A stretch of DNA of 64,000 nucleotides from an uncultured Chroococcidiopsis sp. (GCA_964248365.1 CAXTYC010000003.1:210129-274128), one strand, 5' to 3'; numbered from the stretch's first letter, positions 40,949 to 52,111 are shown. Translations and numbers: made by a program. Notes: generated from the letters alone by a model not told the origin.

Positions 40949-42708
40949 TTGAAGACATTTGGTAGCAGTACAATTAACTTCTATCAGCGCCCTTCTCTAC
41001 TCAACTGGCGTACCCTATGGAGTTTGCTATTTGTCGCGTCCTTGATTTGGGCGTTGAACACAGCCCGTTTATGGGAGCGGGATTTAATCAACGAGGGTGG
41101 CTTTCCTCTGGTGCTGCGCTTTGTGGTGGCTGCTACTCGTCCCTACCTTGCACCGGAATTTTTGCAACTGACAATAGATGCTACGTTAATAACCCTAGCA
41201 TATGCTGTATGCGGCACATTCTTCAGTGTGCTGTTTGGATTGGTTGGGGGTATTCTGTCTTCAGAAGTTTGGTGGCAATCTGTTAGTAAAGGCAGGTTTC
41301 AAACTTGTTACAGCATTATTTGGCTAGCACTGCGAAGTGCGTTGGCAATTCCTAGAGCTATTCATGAACTAATCTGGGGATTGTTTTTTATAAATATTTT
41401 TGGTCTTGATCCATTGGTTGCCATTTTGGCGATCGCCATTCCATTTGGGGCAATTACTGCTAAAGTCTTTTCAGAGATTTTGGATGAAACACCCAGGCTA
41501 CCATTGATGGCACTGCTTAATAGTGGTGTATCACCCCTAAATGCTTTTGCTTACAGCCTGCTTCCCCAAGCTTTTCCCAATCTGCTTTCTTACAGCTTTT
41601 ATCGGTTTGAATGCTCAATTCGATCTGCTGCGGTACTAGGTATTATCGGTGCTGGTGGACTGGGTTATCAACTTCTCCTAAGTCTCCAATCTCTACGCTA
41701 TGAGCAGGTGTGGACATTGATGATTGCTCTAGTAATCTTGAGTGGTAGCACTGATTTTTGTAGTGCGGTGCTTCGCCGTCGCCTAGTCGCTCCCAGTCGC
41801 TTGGATTTGAATGTATTAAACCTTTATGGGCGGGGAAAAGAGAGCAGAGGGGCAGGGGAGCACTTTAGCCCAGGGGGGCAGGGGAGAAATTACGAATTAC
41901 CTTTACCCTTTACCCTTTCCCTTTTCCCTCTATTTACTACATTTGTTTTAATAATATTTTCCTTCTGGTACGTTAAAGCGGATTTCGGTAAACTTTGGTC
42001 ATTCCGCACGGCTCAATTGTTGGTAGGAGTGATACAAGATGCCTTTCCACCAGATGTTAGTCAAGTAAGTCAGTTATTCACTCTTTCGGCTCAAACAGTA
42101 GCTATGTCAATTTTGGCGATCGCCATTGCTGGTTTAGGAGGTATTTTACTTTCTTTTCCAGCTGCTAATAACTTTTTGTTGCCAGGAGGAATTTTAGATA
42201 CAGGCGGTAATCAAAATCGTGTTTTGGGAATAACATTTTAATTTTCACACGAATATTACTGCTGTTTACGAGGGCTATTCCTGAAGTCTTTTGGGCGTTG
42301 ATTTTTTTATTTGTGTTGTTTCCTGGGATTCTACCTGGATCTTTCGTGCTGGGTATACATAATTTAGGTATACTGGGTCGTTTAATGGCAGAGGTAATAG
42401 AGAATTTGGATGAAAAACCACTGCGATCGCTTAAAGCTTTAGGAGCAACAGCCCCTTCTGCCTTACTATATGGTGTTTTACCTGGTACTATACCTAGTTT
42501 TTTCGCTTACATTCTCTACCGATGGGAAGTCTGCCTTCGTGCCACAGTGATAGTAGGTTTAGTTGGTGCTGGTGGCTTAGGGCGACTGTTGACAGAACAA
42601 TTAAGCAGCTTTGACTATAAAGGTGTGGTAACAACTGTGATCTGTTTTATCTGTCTGACTTTTATAGTAGACCTGATTAGTACTGCCGTAAGACGGGCGT
42701 TACGGTAA
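40949..42708 (+). pseudogene. Duplicated-domain PhnE/PtxC-type ABC permease, frameshifted at ~42236
   Basis: RAIHELIWGLFF, RFECSIRSAAVLGIIGAGGLG, then in a shifted frame LIFTRILLLFTRAIPEVFWAL...RWEVCLRATVIVGLVGAGGLG; one T missing in ACATTTTAA. Confidence 0.8.
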
Positions 42709-42715
42709 TCCAATT

Positions 42716-42874
42716 AGAGCAGGGGGGACTCGGAGTCCCCGTCCCCGAAGGGGATGGGGATTGGGGGGAGAGAGGGGCAGGGGGGCAGAGGAGAAATTAT
42801 GAATTCCCTTTACCCTTTACCGCAATACCTCTTTACCCTACTCCCTACTCCCTACTCCCTACTCCCTACTCCCT
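42716..42874. repeat. Composite repeat with palindromes and (CTCCCTA)n tract
   Basis: GGGGACTCGGAGTCCCC palindrome; about five CTCCCTA units. Confidence 0.75.
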
Positions 42875-42882
42875 GCTATACT

Positions 42883-44676
42883 TCACAGGCTGACTCCTAA
42901 CCACCCTTGATAGTTTTGTTTCTGAGTAGAGGTAGGATGCTCTACAGGTAGCACTTGGTAGCGGCTAGGACGTGGGGCAGCTAGGGTAAGTGCCAATGTG
43001 CGTAGTTCTTCTTGGTGGAAAATTGTAACACAGATCGTGTCGCCAGGTTGGTAATCTCGCAGGCGATCGCTCAAATTTTGAGCTGTTACCCTCACACCAT
43101 CTATCGCCAGTAACTCATCCCCGCCATCAATACCCGCTTGATGAGCAGGTGAATCTGTCTCGACAAACTTAATTAACTCACGTCCATTTTCCACCGCAGT
43201 TCTCACACCCAAATACGGTACAGGTTCTTCCTCGCACTCATCCACCAGCTGCAAGCCAAAAGGTTCGAGGTACTGATTAAAAGGTAACTCCTGTGTGCCA
43301 TCAATATACCGAGAAAAGAAATCATCTAAATCGATACCAGCGACTGACTCGATTACTTCCTGTAACTGTTCTGGTGTAAAGCCAATTTCTGCTATCCCGA
43401 ATTGCTGCCACATCTGACGCATTACATCATCAAGCGAAAGCGAGTTTCGATGCCGTTCCCGAATCAATAAATCCAGCAACAACGACACCATTTCCCCTTT
43501 CAGATAATAGGAAATTTGGGAATTACCGCTATTAGCATCTGGTCGATACAGTTTAATCCAAGCATCAAAACTTGACTCAGACAGCGGTTGGACTAGTCGC
43601 CCTGGTGTTGTTTGAAACCTGGTAATTTCCTTACCCAAATTATTCAAGAAAGACTTAGCATCATAAATTCCTGCTCGTAGGGGAATCACCAAGTCGTAAT
43701 AGCTTGTTGTACCTTCACTGAACCACAATGATGGTGTATAGTTTTCACAGTCGTAATCGAACACTTCTAAGGCTTTGGGACGAATTCGCTTGACGTTCCA
43801 TAGGTGAAAAAACTCGTGTGCCACCAGTTGCATAAAGCGATCGTACTTATCCCCAGTGCGAAACCCAAAGCGGGGATAATTCAAAGAGCAAGCATACTTG
43901 TGTTCTAAGCCGCCATTACCCGTAGATGATAGATGCAGCAGAAATATGTATCTGTCATAAGGTAAACCACCAAATAGCTGAGCTTCTACCTCGATAATTT
44001 TCTGTATATCTGGAATCATTTTAGCGGGGTTAACATTGCCTTTTCCCCAAATGGCGAGTTCATGGGATTTACCCAATACCTCAAACTGATGCAACTCTTG
44101 ACAACCAATCTCAAACGGACTATCCACCAAAGTGTCAAAGTCTGCTGCTTGGAATGTGTTAGGTTGTTCTGGAACTGTTGGTAAGGGAGTAGTAATCCGC
44201 CATTCTGGTTTTGGTGGCACTATTGTCACCAATATTGGCTGCTGTTCCAGTTCTGGTATTCTAAAGAACAAAGCTGCGCCGTTGAAATATCCATGAGTGG
44301 CATCCAGGTGATTTGTCCGCACTGATAGCTCGTTGGCAAACACACGGTATCGCACAGTAATTGAAGCATCAGTATCCGTTTGAGCTATGGCGGATGTTTC
44401 AACTTGCCAATGATTTTTACTTAGCTTGCGCCAAGGTAAAGACTGTTTTCCAGCATCAGCTGAAAAATTCTGAAGGTGCTTAGCGTATTCGCGCACCAGG
44501 TAAGACCCTGGTGTCCAAACTGGCAGCTTCAAGTCCAAAACCCGCCCTTTCCAGCCTTGCAAATACAAAACCACCTCAAATAGATGAGTTTGGGGCTGGG
44601 GCATTGACACTTGGTAATGTATTGTCGGGGAGATGCTAGCGGGGCGACTCGTTTGAGTTAAGGTTGCTTCAGTCAT
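42883..44676 (-). CDS. M61 family metallopeptidase with PDZ domain
   Basis: PVWTPGSYLVREY, GGLEH, AHEFFHLWN, WFSEGTTSYY, C-terminal PDZ (SPAHQAGIDGGDELLAIDG). Confidence 0.93.
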   Translation of the reverse strand: MTEATLTQTSRPASISPTIHYQVSMPQPQTHLFEVVLYLQGWKGRVLDLKLPVWTPGSYLVREYAKHLQNFSADAGKQSLPWRKLSKNHWQVETSAIAQTDTDASITVRYRVFANELSVRTNHLDATHGYFNGAALFFRIPELEQQPILVTIVPPKPEWRITTPLPTVPEQPNTFQAADFDTLVDSPFEIGCQELHQFEVLGKSHELAIWGKGNVNPAKMIPDIQKIIEVEAQLFGGLPYDRYIFLLHLSSTGNGGLEHKYACSLNYPRFGFRTGDKYDRFMQLVAHEFFHLWNVKRIRPKALEVFDYDCENYTPSLWFSEGTTSYYDLVIPLRAGIYDAKSFLNNLGKEITRFQTTPGRLVQPLSESSFDAWIKLYRPDANSGNSQISYYLKGEMVSLLLDLLIRERHRNSLSLDDVMRQMWQQFGIAEIGFTPEQLQEVIESVAGIDLDDFFSRYIDGTQELPFNQYLEPFGLQLVDECEEEPVPYLGVRTAVENGRELIKFVETDSPAHQAGIDGGDELLAIDGVRVTAQNLSDRLRDYQPGDTICVTIFHQEELRTLALTLAAPRPSRYQVLPVEHPTSTQKQNYQGWLGVSL

Positions 44677-44815
44677 TGATAGTGTCTAGTTGTTGGATTT
44701 AAAGACAATCTAACAACTCAATAGAGGGAAAAGGGAAAAGGGGAAAGGATAAAGGATAAAGGATAAAAATTTACACTTCATCCTTCATACTTCATACTTT
44801 TCTAGCCCCTAGCCT

Positions 44816-46024
44816 CTAATTCACGTTGGGAAATTTTTCTAGCTTTTCCAATTGTTGCTCTACATTCTCCAGTACTTGATTCAAAGCCATTAGAGACTCG
44901 TAACGCTCAGAATGGTCGCTAGGGTTGAGTTTGACACGCGATCGCAGTTGACTCAACTTTTGCTGAAGTTGAGTTGCGATCGCCAAAGTATCTCGGCTCA
45001 AAGAAGCTAATTGCTGCTGTTGATAAAACTGCCTCGCTTCTCCCCTTAACACTTGCAAGGTAGCTTGTTCCCCATACTTTCCAGGCATTACTCGCAAGCG
45101 TAGTAATAAGCGTTCTTTTTGATAGAAGCGTTCAATCTCTGCTTGTAATACTTCTTTAACTGGCTCTAAAGGCAGGTGTGTCAGCTGCTTCAATTCATTG
45201 ATCAGCTCTTGAAAAACTTGCATGGGTATGTCTGGCAATACACACTGCAAATTACCATTCTGACTACAAACAATCCGACCTCGCTGGGGCGATTTCTGCT
45301 CAAAGTAAAGCCGACCGATACCTTTTTCCAGCACCCGCGCCAGTAATTCTTGCAATAATTTCTTTGCAGGCAAGGTTTTCAGTACTTCCACCGAGTTAGA
45401 CTGATGGCTGGCTTGCACTAACAGCACAGGTAAAGCTTGAGCAGCCCCCGCGTTGGATTGCGAGGTAATTTTATTTTCAGGGGCTGGGGAAAGTGTTGGT
45501 GCAGGGGAGGGATGAGGAGTTTTTGGCTGGTTGTTCTTTAAACTTGCCCGATCTTCTCGCTCAACCAAAATAAAAGTAGGTTTGTCATGTGGGCTTACTA
45601 GGTCTGGCTTTTCTTCTGGCGTGGCGGCAGAAGGTGCTGCCCCATTTCCTGCGTCAAGAGAGTGTAATTTTTCAGTTATAGGAACGGTTGCTTTTGTAGG
45701 ATTGAGGTATGCACTAAGCACAGCTTTATGTTCCTGGGCTTCTATAGGCTGAACTAGTAGCTCATAATTCATATAAGACAAAATCCGCCCCACATACTCG
45801 CACGCAGCAGTGTCTTCTGGATTTACCATACCCAGTGTTAAACGATTGGCTGACAAAGCCAAAGGCAAAACCTGGTGATACAAGCAAGCTTCAAAGGACA
45901 GTATGCTGTCCATCAGTCGAAATATTTGCTCATAATTGGGCAAGGGTTTTGGCCCTAGAGCGTTTGACGGCAATGACTGACCGATCGCTTGCTCATCATC
46001 CAACTGGGACTGTGAATATATCAT
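44816..46024 (-). CDS. PilB/GspE N-terminal-domain protein lacking the ATPase core
   Basis: LYHQVLPL...LGMVNPED (GSPII_N-like); RLRVMPGKYGEQATLQVL; no Walker A; C-terminal coiled coil. Confidence 0.7.
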   Translation of the reverse strand: MIYSQSQLDDEQAIGQSLPSNALGPKPLPNYEQIFRLMDSILSFEACLYHQVLPLALSANRLTLGMVNPEDTAACEYVGRILSYMNYELLVQPIEAQEHKAVLSAYLNPTKATVPITEKLHSLDAGNGAAPSAATPEEKPDLVSPHDKPTFILVEREDRASLKNNQPKTPHPSPAPTLSPAPENKITSQSNAGAAQALPVLLVQASHQSNSVEVLKTLPAKKLLQELLARVLEKGIGRLYFEQKSPQRGRIVCSQNGNLQCVLPDIPMQVFQELINELKQLTHLPLEPVKEVLQAEIERFYQKERLLLRLRVMPGKYGEQATLQVLRGEARQFYQQQQLASLSRDTLAIATQLQQKLSQLRSRVKLNPSDHSERYESLMALNQVLENVEQQLEKLEKFPNVN

Positions 46025-46336
46025 ATAAACTGTATAATTTCATATATTTATAATTATATTATACTCCGGTTTAAGTAATTACACGTAAATTTTTTTTAAA
46101 CATATAGTAAAGTTACTTTATGCTACAAAATGTTTAAGAGCAACGAGTAAACCAGAAGTGGAACCACAAGAGGAATATTTGAGCCAGAGGTGAGGAAAAA
46201 AATCATCATCTCGAAATACGCGAATTTCTTTTAGTTCATTTGAATTTCTAAAACTCACCGTTTGGTAGTTTTAGCCTTCGCTAGGGCTATGCCTACCTTA
46301 TGAATTGCCTCTAAAATCTAAAATTCGCGTATTTAA

Positions 46337-47527
46337 TCACCCCTGATTTCTAACTTCTTGGGCTGTCGAATAAAGCCTACTCCATTGGGTCATAACTTGA
46401 TGAGCCTTCAAGTTCAAAGCGAGAGCAATTTCTTCATTATTTTTGCCAGCTTTTTTCATCTCAACTACTTGCTGCTGTTTTGGAGTCAATCGCGTCCAAT
46501 ATTGCTGCCACTGTTGGGGCGTTAGCCCAAAGCTGTGTTCTAACAACGAAGTCCCTAACCAGTCACTAACTAATTCGGGTTGATGTTTCAGCCCAAACAC
46601 CCGTACTGCATGATAGCTGATCTTTTCCCTCAGTCGGTAAACTTCCTGTACTGATAAGTTTAACCGTTTGGCGATCGCCTCCTGGGACTTGCCTTGAAGA
46701 TATAGCTTCAGCCACTGTACAGCGTGTGATCCGATAGTGGTAGCAAGATAGCTGGCAAATTCCTGTTCTACCCGCTGCCGCTGTGCCAGTTGTTCTTCTT
46801 GTGCTTGTTTCTCTTGATACTCAGCCGTCGCTTGGTTATCTAGCAAGCTTAGGGGGCTATCACTTTCGTCAGTCAGGATCTCTTCTGAGACTAGGCGCAC
46901 TCTTTCATTGGTAGGTACTTGAGTTACTCCCCCCCGCCCTGTACGACGTAAGTAATTAGCTAAGCGGTAAACCAGTAATGGTTGATTCCGAATCGGACGC
47001 AAACAATACTCTTCCAGACTAGCAAGCAACAAGGCATTACGCAGTTTGGCATCATTGGTACACTTGGCAATCCATGCCAACTGCTGTTGCATATAGCGAT
47101 CGCTTTGCAGTAATTCTTGTAATACTTCTTGTAATACATCCCCAACCATCCGGTGGCGATCGCGGCTCAGGGAAACTCCTGTACGGATTTTATTCCGCAG
47201 CAGCACTGAACTCAAAAGCCGTGACATCAAATGGCGATAAGCTCCTGCAGGCGTTGCTCCCAGGTAACGCTGCCGTAAAATATTGTAACGATATGCCATC
47301 GCTTGCTGGATAATTTCTACCCCCCCTGCGGACATTTGTTCTAAACGCCCAATGTCGTTACCAACAAGCCACCGAATGATACTCTCCCTGGTTGCCGTAC
47401 TTTGTTCTGGACACTCACAAGCGAGACGCGATCGCCAATCTTGCGCTAAATCTGCTGCCAAGCTCATGAGATGGCACTCCTCCAATCCCGGCTGTACAGT
47501 TTGCATGAAAACTTGCATTTGTCCCAC
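46337..47527 (-). CDS. HetZ-related protein (type 2), two sigma-region-4-like HTH motifs
   Basis: RESIIRWLVG, LSRDRHR, EEYCLRPIRNQPLL, LYLQGKSQEAIAKRLNL, GKNNEEIALALNL. Confidence 0.75.
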   Translation of the reverse strand: MGQMQVFMQTVQPGLEECHLMSLAADLAQDWRSRLACECPEQSTATRESIIRWLVGNDIGRLEQMSAGGVEIIQQAMAYRYNILRQRYLGATPAGAYRHLMSRLLSSVLLRNKIRTGVSLSRDRHRMVGDVLQEVLQELLQSDRYMQQQLAWIAKCTNDAKLRNALLLASLEEYCLRPIRNQPLLVYRLANYLRRTGRGGVTQVPTNERVRLVSEEILTDESDSPLSLLDNQATAEYQEKQAQEEQLAQRQRVEQEFASYLATTIGSHAVQWLKLYLQGKSQEAIAKRLNLSVQEVYRLREKISYHAVRVFGLKHQPELVSDWLGTSLLEHSFGLTPQQWQQYWTRLTPKQQQVVEMKKAGKNNEEIALALNLKAHQVMTQWSRLYSTAQEVRNQG

Positions 47528-47920
47528 CTACTCTTTTTGGTAGCACTTTTCGATTTCATTACGAAACCCATGAAATCATAGAGATTAAACTTCTACCTCT
47601 TTTTGTCCGGCAATCTCACCGATACCCTGACATTAGTGGTTTTGTTCCTTTGCAACTGAGGAAGCTATTTTTACATTTGTGGGAAGTTGTCTTCCACATA
47701 TCTTTTTAGACCTCAACTTGCATATCAATATGATTTTCGAGTTAAGCACTGTAAATTTTGGTTCTACTGCCAGATGTAAACTGGTGAACCTCTATTTATT
47801 TCTCAGGTTCCTACCGGAGAATAATGCAATACTTAATATTACTTTACATAAACTGAAGTAACTCATAAAACCAATTTTGGCAAATGCTACTACAGCAAAG
47901 CTATATAAACATTAAGTGTA

Positions 47921-47946
47921 AAATGTGTAATTGTGATTACACATTT
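47921..47946 (-). promoter_or_regulatory. NtcA-type box TGTA-N8-TACA inside a perfect 11-bp-arm palindrome
   Basis: AAATGTGTAAT-TGTG-ATTACACATTT; TAN3T hexamer (TAGCTT) 23 nt downstream on the minus strand. Confidence 0.6.
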
Positions 47947-48581
47947 CTACTCTAAAGTCAAGTAAATAAAATTAGTAATATTTTTCTACTTTCGCTCTCC
48001 AAAAATAATTGCTATTGCCTATAATGTAATGATTGCTGCTAGAATTTGTTGGAATATTTTACTATACAATCCAATAAAAGTAAGTAATGCATTGCCTTCT
48101 CCATCCCCGATTGAGCAAATTATACCCTGAAAATTTGAATAGAAAAATAGTAGACTTTTGACCCAAATGGGTGTAAGTTAAACCCACATTTATTAACAAG
48201 ATTTATTTTTAATAGCCCCAAACTAAAATTACTACTATTACATAACTATACGCGAATGTAAAATTTAGATTATTTCAAAAGTGAATGCTATTGTAACACA
48301 AAAATATTCTTTTTTGATGGCGGCGGGAGTAATTAATTTTTTTCAGTAATGCCCTAGAATTTAAGTATTATTTTGTACTTCAAATCAAAAATATCTATTT
48401 TGCTTTGTCAGCTTTTTGAAAGGATAAATTGACTACCAGTGGCAGGAAAGCTACCGAATAAATAAATGTAAAAAATAGCACTAAAGTGAAAAACTACTTA
48501 TGTTGCATCAAAAAAATATTCATTGTTGCCCCTGGAGGGGGGAAAAATAGGTAATCTTTTAACGAGAAGTTTATTTATCAG

Positions 48582-49217
48582 ATGAAAGCTGAAGTCACTG
48601 TTATCGATCATCCATTAGTTCAGCATAAGTTGACATTGATGCGCCGTTGCCAAACCAGGAGGGTGAAATTTCGGGCGCTGTTAAAAGAGATTAGCTTGTT
48701 GTTGGCTTATGAAGTGACACCAAATCTGCCGCTCAACGATGAACCAATTACTACGCCAGTAGCTGGAATAAATGCTCCTATACTGGCTCCTGATAAGAAA
48801 TTGGTGATTGTTTCTATCCCAAGAGCGGGGCAGGGAATATTGGATGGGATGCTCGAACTGATCCCTTGAGCACGAGTAGGGCATATTGGATTATATCGAG
48901 ATCCTAAAACATTGATTGCACTCGAGTATTATTTCCAGGTTCCCCATGATGTGGATAAGCGAGATATGTTGATAGTCGATCCGATGCTGGCTACTGGCAA
49001 TTCGGCTGTAGCAGCTGTAGATCGGCTCAAGACTACCAACCCCCTGTCGATCAAGTTTATCTGCTTACTTGCAGCCCCAGAAGGAATTAAACATTTTCAT
49101 GAACAACATCCTGATATACCAATTTATACCGCAGCAATTGCTCAGCGTTTGGATGAACATGGGTACATTGTGCCAGGGCTAGGGGATGCAGGCGATCGCT
49201 TGTTTGGCACTCGTTAG
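48582..49217 (+). pseudogene. upp: Uracil phosphoribosyltransferase with in-frame TGA at 48867-48869
   Basis: [50 protein letters not shown]; also atypical EVTPNLP and SIPRAG. Confidence 0.9.
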
Positions 49218-49348
49218 AGGCTAGGGGCTAGAGGCTAGGGGGAGCAGGGGGAGCTGAGGAATTAACTATTCACAACTTCACAACTTCACAACTCCACAAC
49301 TCCTGTCTCCTGTCTCCTGACTTCCGACTCCTGACTTCCGAAAATCCT

Positions 49349-49933
49349 TCAGATTTGTTCAATTACGCCACAGGCTAAACGTCCTCCTCCTGCCTGTGCA
49401 GCCGTGCCTCCGGCTACCATTTCATCCTGGTTTTGATGTACGATAATGGCGCTGCCGTCCTGATCAAATATGCTGACAGGACTTTCATCAAGAGTGATAC
49501 GGCTAGTAACAGTTGCTAGTCTGCCCTCGCCACGCTCATCTATTTCGATGTTGGGTAAATCTCCTAGATGGTAGGGATGGTTGTCTTGTACAGGGGTAGA
49601 ATTACCAAACGGACCTGGGTCGAAATGTCCGCCAGCAGTGGTAAATCGAGGCTGTGCATCCTCCTCACAAATACTTTTTTCGTGAATGTGAATGCCATGA
49701 AGCCCTGGAGTGAGGACTGTAGGATCTCCCCGCAGGGCAACATCGACTAGGACAATACCATTTTTACCTTGCTTTAATTTTAGTTCTCCCGTAATATCTG
49801 GACCAAAGATTTGCGCCTTGGCAACAATATCGGGATCGGGAGTGTGAGCAAAACTAACTTTGGATGTAATGACAAAGACAAACATTGATGCTACCAGCAG
49901 AGCAAGTAGAATTTTAGACGTGAATTTTTTCAT
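49349..49933 (-). CDS. sodC: Cu/Zn superoxide dismutase with signal peptide (start MKKF at 49933)
   Basis: HGIHIH, GGHFDP, HLGDLPNI, IIVH, GGRLACG. Confidence 0.9.
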   Translation of the reverse strand: MKKFTSKILLALLVASMFVFVITSKVSFAHTPDPDIVAKAQIFGPDITGELKLKQGKNGIVLVDVALRGDPTVLTPGLHGIHIHEKSICEEDAQPRFTTAGGHFDPGPFGNSTPVQDNHPYHLGDLPNIEIDERGEGRLATVTSRITLDESPVSIFDQDGSAIIVHQNQDEMVAGGTAAQAGGGRLACGVIEQI

Positions 49934-50306
49934 GGAATAAAATCTCCAAATACGCAAATATGTAGTAAGACAGCGTTCATCAATAGGAACATCTACCCAT
50001 TTCATGGGTACTTGTCATGTGAACAAGGAGAACCACCAGACGCACCGAGGGAAAATAATTGTATAAATTGTAATGCTATATTAATAACTACTAGTACTTA
50101 CTCTCATATTCCGCACGTATAATTTGACTAACTTAATATTTTCTTACAACTGCCAGAAAAAAGAATGATTATTCTTTAGCTAATCAAAGATTTGTCACGG
50201 ACGATTATTATACATTGATCAGCGGTTCATTAACCTGGTAACTGGTAGTTGGTAACTGGTAGTTGGTAACTGGTATTGAGTAACTGGTAAGTGCGCGCCT
50301 GGTTAT

Positions 50307-50963
50307 CTAAGTTAAATATAGAAACATAGCATTTCCCTTCTGGGCAGCATCATGGTAATATCTTACAAGTGGATTGTAAGTATACTCGAATAAATAATTA
50401 TAGCTTTCTTCTTTCCAGCCTCTTTGTTTTAACCTTTCGCTAATATTTGCGTGGGCAAATGTTGATACGTCGGCGCTTTGCCCAACTTCATTAGCTGACA
50501 AGTATCGTACTTTTTCATAAGTTGCATAATGTTCTATTTCTGTTCCGCTTAGTACAGCGTTGATGGAAGGTAAATGATCTTCTTCGTTCTCACCGATTAA
50601 AAAGGGTGGAATAAACGAGTAATCATATCCTGTAAGTAAAAAGTGTATTGTTTTCCAAGTTTTATCAATGTCTAAATATTTGTCTTTCCCTTCGGTAAGA
50701 ATGAGACGAATGTCTGCTTTTAGCTTTTCAAATTCTTCTAGCTTCGTGGACTTTAGTTTATCTAATGTTTCTGCTGCAAATAATGTGAACTCATCAAACC
50801 ACTCCACATCATCAGGATCATCTGCATTAATCGTAAATTCATGTCAAAATGGTGAGTCAGGTAAATATTTGGCATCAAAAAATAATTCAACAAAATCTGG
50901 ATGTTTTTTTAGCTTCTCCAGTAGGTAGGGAGATACTTGCTTAAATTCTGCTTCTATTCCCAT
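50307..50963 (-). pseudogene. YfbM/DUF1877 family protein with in-frame TGA at 50844-50846
   Basis: ATG at 50963 gives MGIEAEFKQVSPYLLEKL...SPF*HEFT, in frame with the 50307-50807 ORF (LDIDKTWKTIHFLLTG, YYHDAAQKGNAM). Confidence 0.8.
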
Positions 50964-51107
50964 ACCTAGTCCTCTCAAAATTTAAGTAAGGGGGAGTTCA
51001 CTCTAAACATCTGTTTAGAATGGAGTTTTTTGGTAAACCCGCCCCTACTAGCAAATTTGTAATATATAGATCGCACTCGCCACAACCACCGACAACAGCT
51101 TCACTCA

Positions 51108-51300
51108 TTAACCGTTATTTTCAGGCTTTTGTTGGATCTGAGTCGTTGGGATCTCCTGGGCAGTTAAAGTAATAACCTTCCCGTATTGCATAATGCTAAT
51201 AGATTCACCTAGCTTGCGGTGTCTTTCAATCTTAGGCGATCGCTGCTTTTACTCCAGCATCAATTTTGCTGTGCAGAGTTTTCACCTCTTCTTCAGTCAT
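51108..51300 (-). pseudogene. Small partner protein of zeta-toxin-like ATPase, broken by stop plus frameshift
   Basis: MTEEEVKTLHSKIDAGVKAAIA* then shifted IERHRKLGESISIMQYGKVITLTAQEIP. Confidence 0.6.
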
Positions 51301-51301
51301 T

Positions 51302-51484
51302 TCATCCCTCTGTAATTTGGCTCCAAATCTCATCTTCATAAATTATATGCTGCTGATTAATAATGCGTTCAGCTACTAAACAGGGAAACGATCTAGAGTT
51401 GTCGTAGATCATCCAACTATCGCACAAGGGTAGATATAAATAAATCAGATTTCTCCCTCTCCGAACGTAGCGTCTAGGAATATT
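51302..51484 (-). pseudogene. C-terminal remnant of zeta-toxin/AAA family protein
   Basis: Manual translation IPRRYVRRGRNLIYLYLPLCDSWMIYDNS...IWSQITEG*; no N-terminal P-loop present. Confidence 0.6.
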
Positions 51485-51619
51485 TCAATAAGTTTATCAA
51501 AATCACATAAACTTATCTTTTTATTCTGCTTACCTAGAGCCTTTAAAAATCATAATTAATTATTTACTATATCTAGTATACTTGATAAATAAAACATTTT
51601 AATTGCTCGTCAATTCAAA

Positions 51620-52111
51620 ATGAATACCCCAAAGACAGTACAACAATTGCAAGCTCAATTGGTAACACCAGAAAACTTTCAGTGTTATGGGCAAGTGATT
51701 TTTGCCAGTATTGATGGCAAACCTTATGATACTGAAGATGCGGGACTCAACTTGCAAAATGGAATTCCTCGGTTTTACATCATGCGGTTGCACCACAAAG
51801 GGCGTAAATTTCACACCATCACTCGCCATGTAAAATGCACTCAATGTTTAGGTTCTTTGCAAGGTAAAGATTGGTTAATTGCCGTTGCACCTGCGAATAA
51901 TGATGCTGAGCCAAAATTAGAAGATATTGCGGCTTTTCGCATTCCAGGTAATTGTTTTATTAAGTTAGAATTAGGAACTTGGCACGGGGGACCCTATTTT
52001 GACCATGAGTTTGTAGATTTTTATAATTTAGAATTGAGTGATACAAATGTAGTGGATCATTTCACCCACAATTTTCTCAAAAGTCATCAGCTAGAATTTG
52101 AGATTGTTTAG
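51620..52111 (+). CDS. Ureidoglycolate lyase family protein
   Basis: TPENFQCYGQVI, ITRHVKCTQCLG, GTWHGGP, FYNLELSDTN. Confidence 0.85.
   Translation: MNTPKTVQQLQAQLVTPENFQCYGQVIFASIDGKPYDTEDAGLNLQNGIPRFYIMRLHHKGRKFHTITRHVKCTQCLGSLQGKDWLIAVAPANNDAEPKLEDIAAFRIPGNCFIKLELGTWHGGPYFDHEFVDFYNLELSDTNVVDHFTHNFLKSHQLEFEIV

Noticed and set aside
51451..51463. CCCTCTCCG as an att duplicate of the tRNA-Ser 3' end
   Set aside because: Only 9 bp, wrong orientation, no integrase in the window
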